This document shows, one piece after another, positions 56,008-64,000 of a stretch of 64,000 nucleotides of DNA. Numbering within the stretch: the stretch's first letter is position 1; each line of letters opens with the position of its first letter. The notes below the pieces were generated by a model. That model worked only from the letters and a program-made list of their open reading frames with translations. It was not told where the DNA came from and did not search any database. The translations under genes were made by a program, and so were the position numbers. The DNA is from an archaeon (GTDB lineage: Archaea > Nanobdellota > Nanobdellia > CSSed11-243R1): contig JAJRVP010000021.1 of the NCBI GenBank assembly GCA_024277205.1, forward strand, positions 25,130-89,129. The letters are read 5' to 3'.

Positions 56008-58476
56008 TCACCTAAAAAATCCCTCAAGTTTTGTTTGGATTTTACCTCTTAACTCATCCTTTGTTACTCCGAGCACTTCAAAAATTCTCTCAACAGCAGG
56101 TAATACTTGGTTGTTTATATAATATTCTGGGTCATATTCTAATTTATTATCTTTTACTTCTTCGAGTATATATGATTTATCTGAGATACTTCCTTCACCT
56201 TTTACAACAACATACTTTATCATTTGTCCAGGCTCAAAAGTATATCCTTTTTCACGAGCTTTAATTGCAGCAGAAACATGAGGCCCAATAGATTCATAAT
56301 TTTCTATCTTACGTGTAAGTTGCGTAAATATTGTAACCTCTTCAAGTGAAATATTCCCATCCTTAAGTCGTTTGATTGTATCTTTTATGATATCGACTGC
56401 TTTTTCAGTTGAGCCGTCAATTAGAATTGCTTTTAGAACTGCCATTTGTGTATCTTTTGCTATTTTTGACCAATCTCTTCTAACCCATTCTAAACCTTTT
56501 ATGATTAGGTTTCCATTCATATCTGCGAGTGCATATCTTTTTTTAGCAGCGACAAATATTCCACGTGTATAAAATCCTTGAAACTCTAATTCCATTACTC
56601 CAGGCAAATTTTTATTTATGTTTTCAATAAATTTTTCTGCTTCTTCCAATTTTTTATTGTCTAGAGATATAAATAAAGAATCAGTATCCGCATATAATAC
56701 ATTGAAGCCATATTTTTTTGCTTGTTCAATCACATTTTTGATATAGTATCTGCCCCATGCAGTAATGCTTGCAGCACATTCCAAACAATACCAACGACTT
56801 CTTGCAAAACCAAAATAACCATATATTGCATTTGCAATTGTTTTGATTGCATAACTTCTTGCAGACAAAATAGTGTAGTCCACATCATCTTTATGGATTT
56901 TTTTTAGGATTTCCTTTATCCTCATTCTTCTATTTATCAAATCATCCAAAAGAGAAGGAACAAAACCTTTATGCTTTTTACAAAAAGAAAATGATTTTCC
57001 ACCAATTGGTGGTGTTTTATATCCATCTTTACAACAGTCGCAAAAAATTGTTGTTGGACAGATGTTATGGGAAACAATTATGCTCGGATAAAGAGAACGG
57101 AAATCATAAACAACAATATTTTCAAAAATTCCAGGTTTTGGTTCATGTACATATGCACCCTCATATGTTTTGTTAATTCTTGTTGATACATAGCTCCCAA
57201 TAGGTTTTGGGGGGATTAACTCATTAAAACTTGCAGCATTTTTAGCTAAGAACCACTCAACACATTGTCCATATGTCATCCTGCTAACATCAAATATAGA
57301 CTGTCCAACAATCCTTGTTAATTCGGAAATTAATGGGAAAAGTTTATTCATTAGTTTAATTGTTAAGATAGAATCTTTCATAGAGTAATCAACTACTTTT
57401 GATAAATTTTCTCCACCAACATCCCAAAACTTTGCAATGTTTGTCCAGTCAACACCATCTAATTTTTCTTCTCCAAGCAATTCACTTGCAACAGAATTCA
57501 AGTCATAAACTTCTGTTTTAAGAGTCGGACTCAGAATGTTTTTTATAAAGGTGTATATATCAATGTGGGGGACACCCTTTATTTTCGCAACTTTATTTAT
57601 GCCCCTTCTACTTAATCTTAATTTAGATCTATCAATGCCCCAGTTAAAAGATAATTTATACTTTTTAGCCCGTTCATGTAGATATGGAAAATCAAAATTG
57701 TCACTATTATAACCAACAATTATTTGAGGATTTTCCTTTTCGATAATCTCAGAAAATCGTTTAAGAAGGTCGAGTTCTGATTCAACAAATTCCACATATT
57801 TTTTTGAATTCTCAAAACGTTTCCATGTTATCACTTTTTCAAATCCATAATTTGTTGCAATTGAAATCATAAGGACTGGGTCTTTAGATGGACGAGGATT
57901 CCCAATAGGATTATATGTTTCTATATCAAAAGCGAGAATTCTTGGATTTTCATAAACCTCTCCTTCTGCTTCTTCAATTGAATCCGCAAGAACAACATAA
58001 TCCGCTTTGTATTTTTTATCTTCAATGATTTCACCATTACAACGCAATCTAGTTAGCATTTGAAATTTTTTGTCAATCAAATACCTTTTATAGAAGGAGA
58101 CATCAATCTCAACTCTATCAAGATAACCTGGTGTTTCTTTTATGTACTCTTTAAGTATAGATATATCTGTTGGAAGTTGCACATCAACCCTTAAAGCAGT
58201 TACAGGATTTCCAATTAATTTTTTTTCAAACACATGAATTCCAAGGGGTTTAATTGTTCTTTCTTCTGTTTTGACTTCAATATTTTTTATGAATTCCACA
58301 GCTTTTTCCTTTTTTTTAGGGTTGATGATTACATAAAAATAAGGAATAAAAGAATCATCTAGCACAACAACACTTTTTCCTTCTTTTGTATATCCAAAGA
58401 GACGTATTGTTGCTGTTTTATCAGCTATGTAATCAATGTCAAATGGATAAAATTCGAGGATTGTTTTGCCACCCAT
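56008..58476 (-). CDS. polB: Family B DNA polymerase
   Basis: ExoI FDIET, and polymerase motifs DFRSLYPSII, KTIANAIYGYFG and LYADTDSLF. 822 aa with no intein. Confidence 0.92.
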   Translation of the reverse strand: MGGKTILEFYPFDIDYIADKTATIRLFGYTKEGKSVVVLDDSFIPYFYVIINPKKKEKAVEFIKNIEVKTEERTIKPLGIHVFEKKLIGNPVTALRVDVQLPTDISILKEYIKETPGYLDRVEIDVSFYKRYLIDKKFQMLTRLRCNGEIIEDKKYKADYVVLADSIEEAEGEVYENPRILAFDIETYNPIGNPRPSKDPVLMISIATNYGFEKVITWKRFENSKKYVEFVESELDLLKRFSEIIEKENPQIIVGYNSDNFDFPYLHERAKKYKLSFNWGIDRSKLRLSRRGINKVAKIKGVPHIDIYTFIKNILSPTLKTEVYDLNSVASELLGEEKLDGVDWTNIAKFWDVGGENLSKVVDYSMKDSILTIKLMNKLFPLISELTRIVGQSIFDVSRMTYGQCVEWFLAKNAASFNELIPPKPIGSYVSTRINKTYEGAYVHEPKPGIFENIVVYDFRSLYPSIIVSHNICPTTIFCDCCKDGYKTPPIGGKSFSFCKKHKGFVPSLLDDLINRRMRIKEILKKIHKDDVDYTILSARSYAIKTIANAIYGYFGFARSRWYCLECAASITAWGRYYIKNVIEQAKKYGFNVLYADTDSLFISLDNKKLEEAEKFIENINKNLPGVMELEFQGFYTRGIFVAAKKRYALADMNGNLIIKGLEWVRRDWSKIAKDTQMAVLKAILIDGSTEKAVDIIKDTIKRLKDGNISLEEVTIFTQLTRKIENYESIGPHVSAAIKAREKGYTFEPGQMIKYVVVKGEGSISDKSYILEEVKDNKLEYDPEYYINNQVLPAVERIFEVLGVTKDELRGKIQTKLEGFFR

Positions 58477-58515
58477 ACAAAAGATATTAAATCTTGTGGA
58501 TATTTAAACTATTTT

Positions 58516-60507
58516 ATGAAGGAAGGATTAAGTTACATTGAACTTATTGCATTGGTTAGGGAATTAAAGGAGCTTATAGGTTCAAGGGTTGAGAATGTAT
58601 ATCACCCCCAAAGAGATGAACTGATTTTGCATTTATATAAAGGAAAAAAGAAAATTCTTAAAATAAACATACCACGATTTTTATGCATAACTGAATACAA
58701 AATTGAAAACCCAAAAATACCTTCACATTTTTGCATGTTCTTAAGAAAATATCTCAATAACGCGAGATTAATTGACATAACCCAACCCAACTTTGAAAGA
58801 ATTGTTGAGTTCGAATTTAAAAAAGGAGAAGATACCTTTTTTCTAATATGCGAATTATTTAGTAAGGGAAATTTAATAATTTGTGATAAAGAAAAGAGGA
58901 TATTAGTTCCTTTAAAGTCTCAATCCTGGAAAGATAGAATTATTAGACCAAAGGAGGAGTATAAACTTCCACCAAGAAGATTTGATTTGGGTGATTTAGA
59001 TTTCACATTGTTTAAAAAGTTGATTATGGAATCTGGAAAAGACCAAATTGTAAAAAGTTTAGCAACTTCACTTGGGATAGGAGGTATCTATGCAGAAGAA
59101 TTATGTTTTCTCTCCAATATTGAAAAATCCAAAAATCCAAAAGAACTCGAAGAAGGAGAATTGAGGATTTTATTTAACAATTTTTATTCTTTAATTGAAA
59201 AGGCAAAAGAGGGAGAGATAAGAGCCAATGTTATAATTGTTGATGAAACCCAAATAGATGTTCAACCTTTTTTATTAGAGATTTATGCTGTTCATAAAAA
59301 GAAGATGTTTGAAAGTTATAACAAAGCACTCGATTATTTTTTTATAGGACATGAAACTCAAAAGTTAACAAATCAAGCAGAAACTAAAATTGAAAAAGAG
59401 ATAATTAAACAAGAAGCAATCCTTCAACAACACAAAAATTATCTCGATGAATTAAAAGAGAAATCTCAGATATACAAAAAACAAGCAGATTACATTTATC
59501 AACATCTTGGTGAGATACAAGATATTTTTCAAGCTTTGCATTATGCAAGAGAAAAAAATAAAGGATGGGATGAAATAATCTCGGTTCTCGAATCCAAAAA
59601 AGCACAAGGAAATATCGAAGCAAAAATGATTAGGGAGATAATACCCGAGGAGGGAGTCATTGTTCTTGATTTTGATTCTGGGATTAAATTAAACTTTAGA
59701 ATAGATGTTACTGAAAATGCAAATCAGTTATACGAAAAAGCTAAAAAGATGGAATCTAAGATAGATGGTGTTGTTAGAATTATAAAAGAAGTAGAAGAAA
59801 AGATAAATAATCTAAAAAAAGCAAAAGCAGAAACAGAAAAACTTGAATTACATATGCCAAAAAAGATTGAGAAAAGAGAGAAAGAGTGGTATGAAAAGTT
59901 CCATTGGTTTTTCACATCAGAAGGTAAACTCGTAATTGGGGGGAGGAATGCAACTCAAAATGAAATTTTGATTAAAAAATATATTGAACAAGATGATATT
60001 GTATTTCACGCAGATGTTCACGGTTCTCCATTTGCCATAATGAAGAAAGGAAAAGAAAGCACAGATGAAGAAAAAAGAGAAGCCGCAATTTTTACTTTAT
60101 GTTATTCAAAAGCATGGCAAAACAAAAGGATTGAAAGTGTTTATTGGATCCATCCTCACCAATTGTCCAAAAAAGCACCAAGTGGAGAATATATTGCAAG
60201 GGGCGCATTTATGATTTATGGAAGGAAAAAATATGTTAAAGAGGTTGAATTAAAATATGCAATCGGGATTCAATTGGAGCCATTTAGGATTATATCAGGT
60301 CCTGTTGAAAATGTAAGAAGAAAGGCAAAATATTATGCAGTTATTCTTCCAGATGGATTAAACAAAGACGAATTATCTAAAGAGATAAAACATTACTTTC
60401 TTTCTGTTTGCAGAGAGATGGATAAAGAATTGATTGAAAAGATCAAGATTGAGGAAATAAAAGAACACACCATTCAAAACTCAAAAATTTTTGGAGTAAT
60501 AAAATGA
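58516..60507 (+). CDS. NFACT-family protein (FbpA/RqcH/NEMF homolog, ribosome quality control)
   Basis: NFACT-N N-terminus, a long central coiled coil, and an NFACT-R/DUF814 block (GRNATQNEILIKKY...DIVFHADVHGSPF). Confidence 0.8.
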   Translation: MKEGLSYIELIALVRELKELIGSRVENVYHPQRDELILHLYKGKKKILKINIPRFLCITEYKIENPKIPSHFCMFLRKYLNNARLIDITQPNFERIVEFEFKKGEDTFFLICELFSKGNLIICDKEKRILVPLKSQSWKDRIIRPKEEYKLPPRRFDLGDLDFTLFKKLIMESGKDQIVKSLATSLGIGGIYAEELCFLSNIEKSKNPKELEEGELRILFNNFYSLIEKAKEGEIRANVIIVDETQIDVQPFLLEIYAVHKKKMFESYNKALDYFFIGHETQKLTNQAETKIEKEIIKQEAILQQHKNYLDELKEKSQIYKKQADYIYQHLGEIQDIFQALHYAREKNKGWDEIISVLESKKAQGNIEAKMIREIIPEEGVIVLDFDSGIKLNFRIDVTENANQLYEKAKKMESKIDGVVRIIKEVEEKINNLKKAKAETEKLELHMPKKIEKREKEWYEKFHWFFTSEGKLVIGGRNATQNEILIKKYIEQDDIVFHADVHGSPFAIMKKGKESTDEEKREAAIFTLCYSKAWQNKRIESVYWIHPHQLSKKAPSGEYIARGAFMIYGRKKYVKEVELKYAIGIQLEPFRIISGPVENVRRKAKYYAVILPDGLNKDELSKEIKHYFLSVCREMDKELIEKIKIEEIKEHTIQNSKIFGVIK

Positions 60508-60902
60508 AAGAATTTGTTTTGAAAACAACAAAAAAGTATGAGCTAGTTGACATTACAGAAAAAGTATCTAGTTTAATAGATAAAGTGGGAGATGGTATGT
60601 GCATTGTTTATACACCACATGCAACAGCGGGTATAATAATTAATGAGAATTGGGATGAGAGTGTTCAAAAGGATTTCATTAATTTACTTAACAAATTAAT
60701 TCCAGAAGGAAAATGGGAACATGATAGAATAGATAACAATGGTGCAGCACATTTAAAATCAGCAATAATTGGTCCAAGTAAAACAATTCCAATAAAAAAT
60801 GGAAAACTCCAACTCGGGAAATGGCAAAGCATCATGTTTTGTGAATTTGATGGTCCTCGTTCTGAAAGGAAAGTAATTGTTCAGGTGATAAAATGCATGT
60901 AG
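60504..60902 (+). CDS. YjbQ/UPF0047 family protein (secondary thiamine-phosphate synthase-like)
   Basis: Family motifs CIVYTPHATAGIIINENWDESVQKD and GAAHLKSAIIGPS, 132 aa. Confidence 0.8.
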   Translation: MKEFVLKTTKKYELVDITEKVSSLIDKVGDGMCIVYTPHATAGIIINENWDESVQKDFINLLNKLIPEGKWEHDRIDNNGAAHLKSAIIGPSKTIPIKNGKLQLGKWQSIMFCEFDGPRSERKVIVQVIKCM

Positions 60903-61573
60903 CGATTATAATGGATGGTAATAGAAAATATGCTGAAAAGAAAGGATTGTTCCCAAAGATTAAAGGACATATTGAAGGGAAAAAATCCCTCGAAAGACTT
61001 TTGAAACATTGGGTGAAAATGGAGGAGCCCAAATATCTCACACTCTATACCTTTTCACTTTACAATCTTAAAAATAGAAGTTCAATTGAAAAAAAACTCA
61101 TATTCAAACTTTTGGAGATGGGATTTAAACAGCTTTTAAAACGCAAAGACATTTACCAAAACAAAATTCGTATTTATTTTATTGGTAAAAAAGAAAAATG
61201 CCCAAAATCATTGCAGAATCTTATGAGCAAAATTGAAGAAAAAACAAAATACCACAAAAACAAATTTCTTACTTTTGCAATTTGTTATGATGGGCAAGAA
61301 GAGATTTTGAAAGCATTTAACAAGATGATTAAAGAAAAAGTTAAGAAAGTAGATGAGAAGATTATTAAAAAATATCTTTACACAAAAGAATTACCACCTG
61401 TTGATTTAATGATAAGAACTGGAGATGAAAAAAGGTTTTCGGGATTTTTGCTTTGGGATATCTCATATGCAGAGTTAATTTTTAGAAAACAAACATGGCC
61501 AGAATACACACCAAAAATGTTTGAAAATGATTTAAAAGAATTCAAAAGAAGAAAAAGGAGATTTGGAAAATAA
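60893..61573 (+). CDS. uppS: Cis-prenyltransferase (undecaprenyl diphosphate synthase family)
   Basis: HVAIIMDGNRKYA N-terminal catalytic motif, and a C-terminal RTGDEKRFSGFLLWDISYAEL. Confidence 0.88.
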   Translation: MHVAIIMDGNRKYAEKKGLFPKIKGHIEGKKSLERLLKHWVKMEEPKYLTLYTFSLYNLKNRSSIEKKLIFKLLEMGFKQLLKRKDIYQNKIRIYFIGKKEKCPKSLQNLMSKIEEKTKYHKNKFLTFAICYDGQEEILKAFNKMIKEKVKKVDEKIIKKYLYTKELPPVDLMIRTGDEKRFSGFLLWDISYAELIFRKQTWPEYTPKMFENDLKEFKRRKRRFGK

Positions 61574-61601
61574 TAAAAACAAATAAAGTTTTGTGATTGT
61601 T

Positions 61602-62615
61602 ATGAATGTAATTGACAGATTTAATCTTGTAAAACAAAACACAATTGAGATTTTAACAGAAGATGAACTAAAGGAATTGTTTAAATCAAAGAAAAACCCA
61701 ACAGCATATTGGGGGATTGCACCCACAGGCCCAGTTCACATGGGTTACTTAGCAACACTTGGGAAAATTTTTGATTTTAGCAAGGCAGGAATTAAAACAA
61801 AAATTATGATTGCAGATATCCACGCAGCACTTGATGATTTAAAAACACCATGGGAATCCATCAAAAAAAGAAGAGAATACGTAAAAAAATGTATCGAATT
61901 AGCAATTCCATGGAAAGAAAAACAAGAATTTGTTTTTGGTTCTGACTTCGAACTGAATAGGGAGTATCAAGCCGATACATTAAAACTTGCTTCAGTTACA
62001 ACTGTTAAGAGAGCTACAAGAGCAGCATCAGAAGTTACAAGAATGAAAAATCCAAAAGTTTCTGAATTAATTTATCCAATTATGCAGTCATTAGATGAGG
62101 AATATCTCGGAGTAGACATACAACTTGGTGGAATTGACCAAAGACACATATTTGTTTATGCAAGAGAATATCTACCTAAAATAGGTTATAAATCAAGAAT
62201 TAAGGTTATGACTCCTCTCATTGTAAGCTTAAAAGGCCCTGGTGTTAAAATGAGTGCTTCAATCCCAGAAACATGTATCAAAGTTCACGATTCAGAAGAG
62301 GCAATTCGAGAGAAAATAAAAAAAGCATATTGTCCAGCAGGTGAGGTGAAGGACAACCCAATTTTGCAACTTTACAAATATGTAGTTTTTCCAATAAAAG
62401 GAAAAGCAGAAGTAAAAAGACCCAAAAAATTTGGAGGGGATTTGAATTTTGAATTCTACGAAGACTTAGAAAAGGTTTTCAAAGAAAAAGAATTGCACCC
62501 ACTCGATTTAAAAGCAGCCCTTACAAATGAACTTATCACCATTTTTTCAAAAGTTAGAAAATACTTTGAAAAACACCAGAATGAATTAAAAGAATTGGGC
62601 GAGCAATTTATTTAA
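61602..62615 (+). CDS. tyrS: Tyrosyl-tRNA synthetase (archaeal type)
   Basis: Collinear similarity to M. jannaschii TyrRS as I recall it: NPKVSELIYPIMQSLDEEYLGVDIQLGG, KMSAS, KIKKAYCPAGEVKDNPIL, RPKKFGGDL and KELHPLDLK. First ATG at 61602. Confidence 0.93.
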   Translation: MNVIDRFNLVKQNTIEILTEDELKELFKSKKNPTAYWGIAPTGPVHMGYLATLGKIFDFSKAGIKTKIMIADIHAALDDLKTPWESIKKRREYVKKCIELAIPWKEKQEFVFGSDFELNREYQADTLKLASVTTVKRATRAASEVTRMKNPKVSELIYPIMQSLDEEYLGVDIQLGGIDQRHIFVYAREYLPKIGYKSRIKVMTPLIVSLKGPGVKMSASIPETCIKVHDSEEAIREKIKKAYCPAGEVKDNPILQLYKYVVFPIKGKAEVKRPKKFGGDLNFEFYEDLEKVFKEKELHPLDLKAALTNELITIFSKVRKYFEKHQNELKELGEQFI

Positions 62616-62630
62616 TCATTCTTTGATAAA

Positions 62631-62673
62631 ACTTTTTCTCTTAGTGCAGGTTCTCTTTTTTAAAGAGAAAGTG
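62631..62673 (-). repeat. Hairpin module (B-type) abutting the stop codon of the Lhr-like gene and lying between convergent genes
   Basis: Minus strand: TAG CAC TTTCTCTTT AAA AAAGAGAA CCTGCACT AAGAGAAAAAG TTTTATC. Near-identical to the copy at 6229-6276. Confidence 0.6.
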
Positions 62674-64000
62674 CTACCAGAACATCCTAGTTTCAATAAA
62701 ACTTCTTTCAGCATTTACAATGTCTTTTATTAAATCTTCTTCAGTTCGATGGAATCTCCCCAAAATTCTTTTTCCAATTGTGGGTCCAATCCCATAACCT
62801 GCTAAAACAAAAACAGCTTTTTTGCCGTAGTTTATGAATATTTCAGCAGTTTCGCTGAACTTTTTAAACAAAACCATCTCTTCTTGAGTTAAATTTGATT
62901 TATTAAAATACTTCTTTAAAACTTTTTTAGCTAACTCTAAATCCCGCGCAGGAATAAAACCAATTAATTTTGCTTCGCAATTAGGACATTTTAAATTTTC
63001 AGGCAAACTTTGAACCGTGTAACTACCAATCTCATGCCCGCAATTTAAACAAGCAAACCAAAATCTTCTTTTTAAAAGTCGTTGTTTAACTAAATCATAA
63101 ATCTCTTTTATTTTCTCCTTTGGTTTTATTAAGGATACACTACTATAATCCAGCCCTTCTGCTCCGAGTGGAGAAACTTCATAACCAGAAGAGGTTATCA
63201 AATCTATTTTTCCACTTTTTATTTTACTCAAAATTTTTTTTGCATTTTTTACATCAAGTTTCTCCCTAAATAATTCTTTAATTGTTTCTTGATAAATAAG
63301 AGTATTTTGATAAACATCAATAAGTTTCGAAATCATTGCTTGTGAAAATTCTGCATCTTTGTCAATGATACCAAATCTTCGTGCGATTTGATAAAATCTA
63401 TATGCAAATATTGATGAATTTTTAATGGATTTCATCAAGATAGATTCTATCCATTCTGGCTCTATCTCATTAATACATTCAATGACAGTTTCTTGTCCAA
63501 ATAATTCTGGCATCTTAAATAAAATTCTATATGCGTCGCTTCTTACCCCAATAGAAGAACCAATTTTTGAGGATATCATAGCACCAATCACTTTAGAAAG
63601 AGTTTGATTTACTTTACTCCCAAAACAAGAATGGAGAATAACATAATTTTCAAAAGATTCTAAATACATTTTTTCGCTTGTCGGAACAACAAATTTTTCC
63701 TTTTGTTTTTTTAAATCTCCAAATTCAATCTCTTCTCTTAAATCCCCAGAAAGCTTTGCGATTTCCATTGGCACTGGGATTAACTCACCTTCCCAGCTTG
63801 GTATTGCACCCTCTTTGTTATTACTTGAGATTACCCTTATTTTATCATCTTCTTTTTCAACAACTTTCCATGGCTCTCCTCGCATTATAAATTCTGCATT
63901 TTTCTTGATATATTGCGCTACAAAACCCTGATGGAGCACACCAATCCTTTTGTTTAAATCTGCTGCAATAACTTTGTAATTTTTTTCATGAGGAATTGTT
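62674..64000 (-). CDS. Lhr-like large helicase, C-terminal part (the gene continues beyond the window end)
   Basis: The frame stays open upstream of the listed GTG (63939) to base 64000. It contains a zinc ribbon CLNCGHE...CPNCEAK and a terminal helix-hairpin-helix-like GYGIGPTIGKRILGRF, as in archaeal Lhr/Hel308-associated C-terminal domains. Confidence 0.55.
   Translation of the reverse strand, partial: TIPHEKNYKVIAADLNKRIGVLHQGFVAQYIKKNAEFIMRGEPWKVVEKEDDKIRVISSNNKEGAIPSWEGELIPVPMEIAKLSGDLREEIEFGDLKKQKEKFVVPTSEKMYLESFENYVILHSCFGSKVNQTLSKVIGAMISSKIGSSIGVRSDAYRILFKMPELFGQETVIECINEIEPEWIESILMKSIKNSSIFAYRFYQIARRFGIIDKDAEFSQAMISKLIDVYQNTLIYQETIKELFREKLDVKNAKKILSKIKSGKIDLITSSGYEVSPLGAEGLDYSSVSLIKPKEKIKEIYDLVKQRLLKRRFWFACLNCGHEIGSYTVQSLPENLKCPNCEAKLIGFIPARDLELAKKVLKKYFNKSNLTQEEMVLFKKFSETAEIFINYGKKAVFVLAGYGIGPTIGKRILGRFHRTEEDLIKDIVNAERSFIETRMFW

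Noticed and set aside
28082-58476. Inteins or split genes in PolD DP2, PolB, topoisomerase or the aaRS genes.
   Set aside because: Lengths are normal and the conserved motifs are contiguous. No intein-sized insert or Cys/Ser...HN junction was seen.

Overview
A compact, low-GC (about 30%) archaeal chromosome segment with many 1-10 nt gene overlaps, often as ATGA stop/start. The information-processing genes are clearly archaeal: SMC, archaeal DnaG, aCPSF1, proteasome beta, Orc1/Cdc6, PolD DP1+DP2, PolB, RPA, histone, aIF5A, aRF1, type IA topoisomerase, and Pro/Met/Val/Ser/Tyr-tRNA synthetases. Together with two tandem ~1600-aa surface proteins, this looks like a reduced DPANN-type archaeon; that assignment is inference only.

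Non-coding content:
- An RNA-gene island at 3.2-6.1 kb holds tRNA-Val with 2 introns, tRNA-Ser with about 3 insertions, SRP RNA and a candidate RNase P RNA.
- tRNA-Ile at 15.0 kb carries an intron in the anticodon stem.
- A textbook Orc1/Cdc6-linked replication origin lies at 24.9-25.3 kb.

The most unusual signal is a family of 30-50 nt pyrimidine-arm/purine-arm hairpin modules. They make up the tRNA introns, and they also occur in the SRP RNA/tRNA spacer and directly against the stop codons of three unrelated protein genes.

The window also carries four gene lesions. Two are in-frame TAA codons (smc, guaA-type amidotransferase). Two are 1-nt deficits in A6 runs (guaA-type gene, alpha/beta hydrolase).

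Other notes: a bacterial-type MetK starts 7 nt after a tRNA, and several unlisted small ORFs have good ribosome-binding sites. No CRISPR array, transposase, integrase, reverse transcriptase or rRNA was seen.
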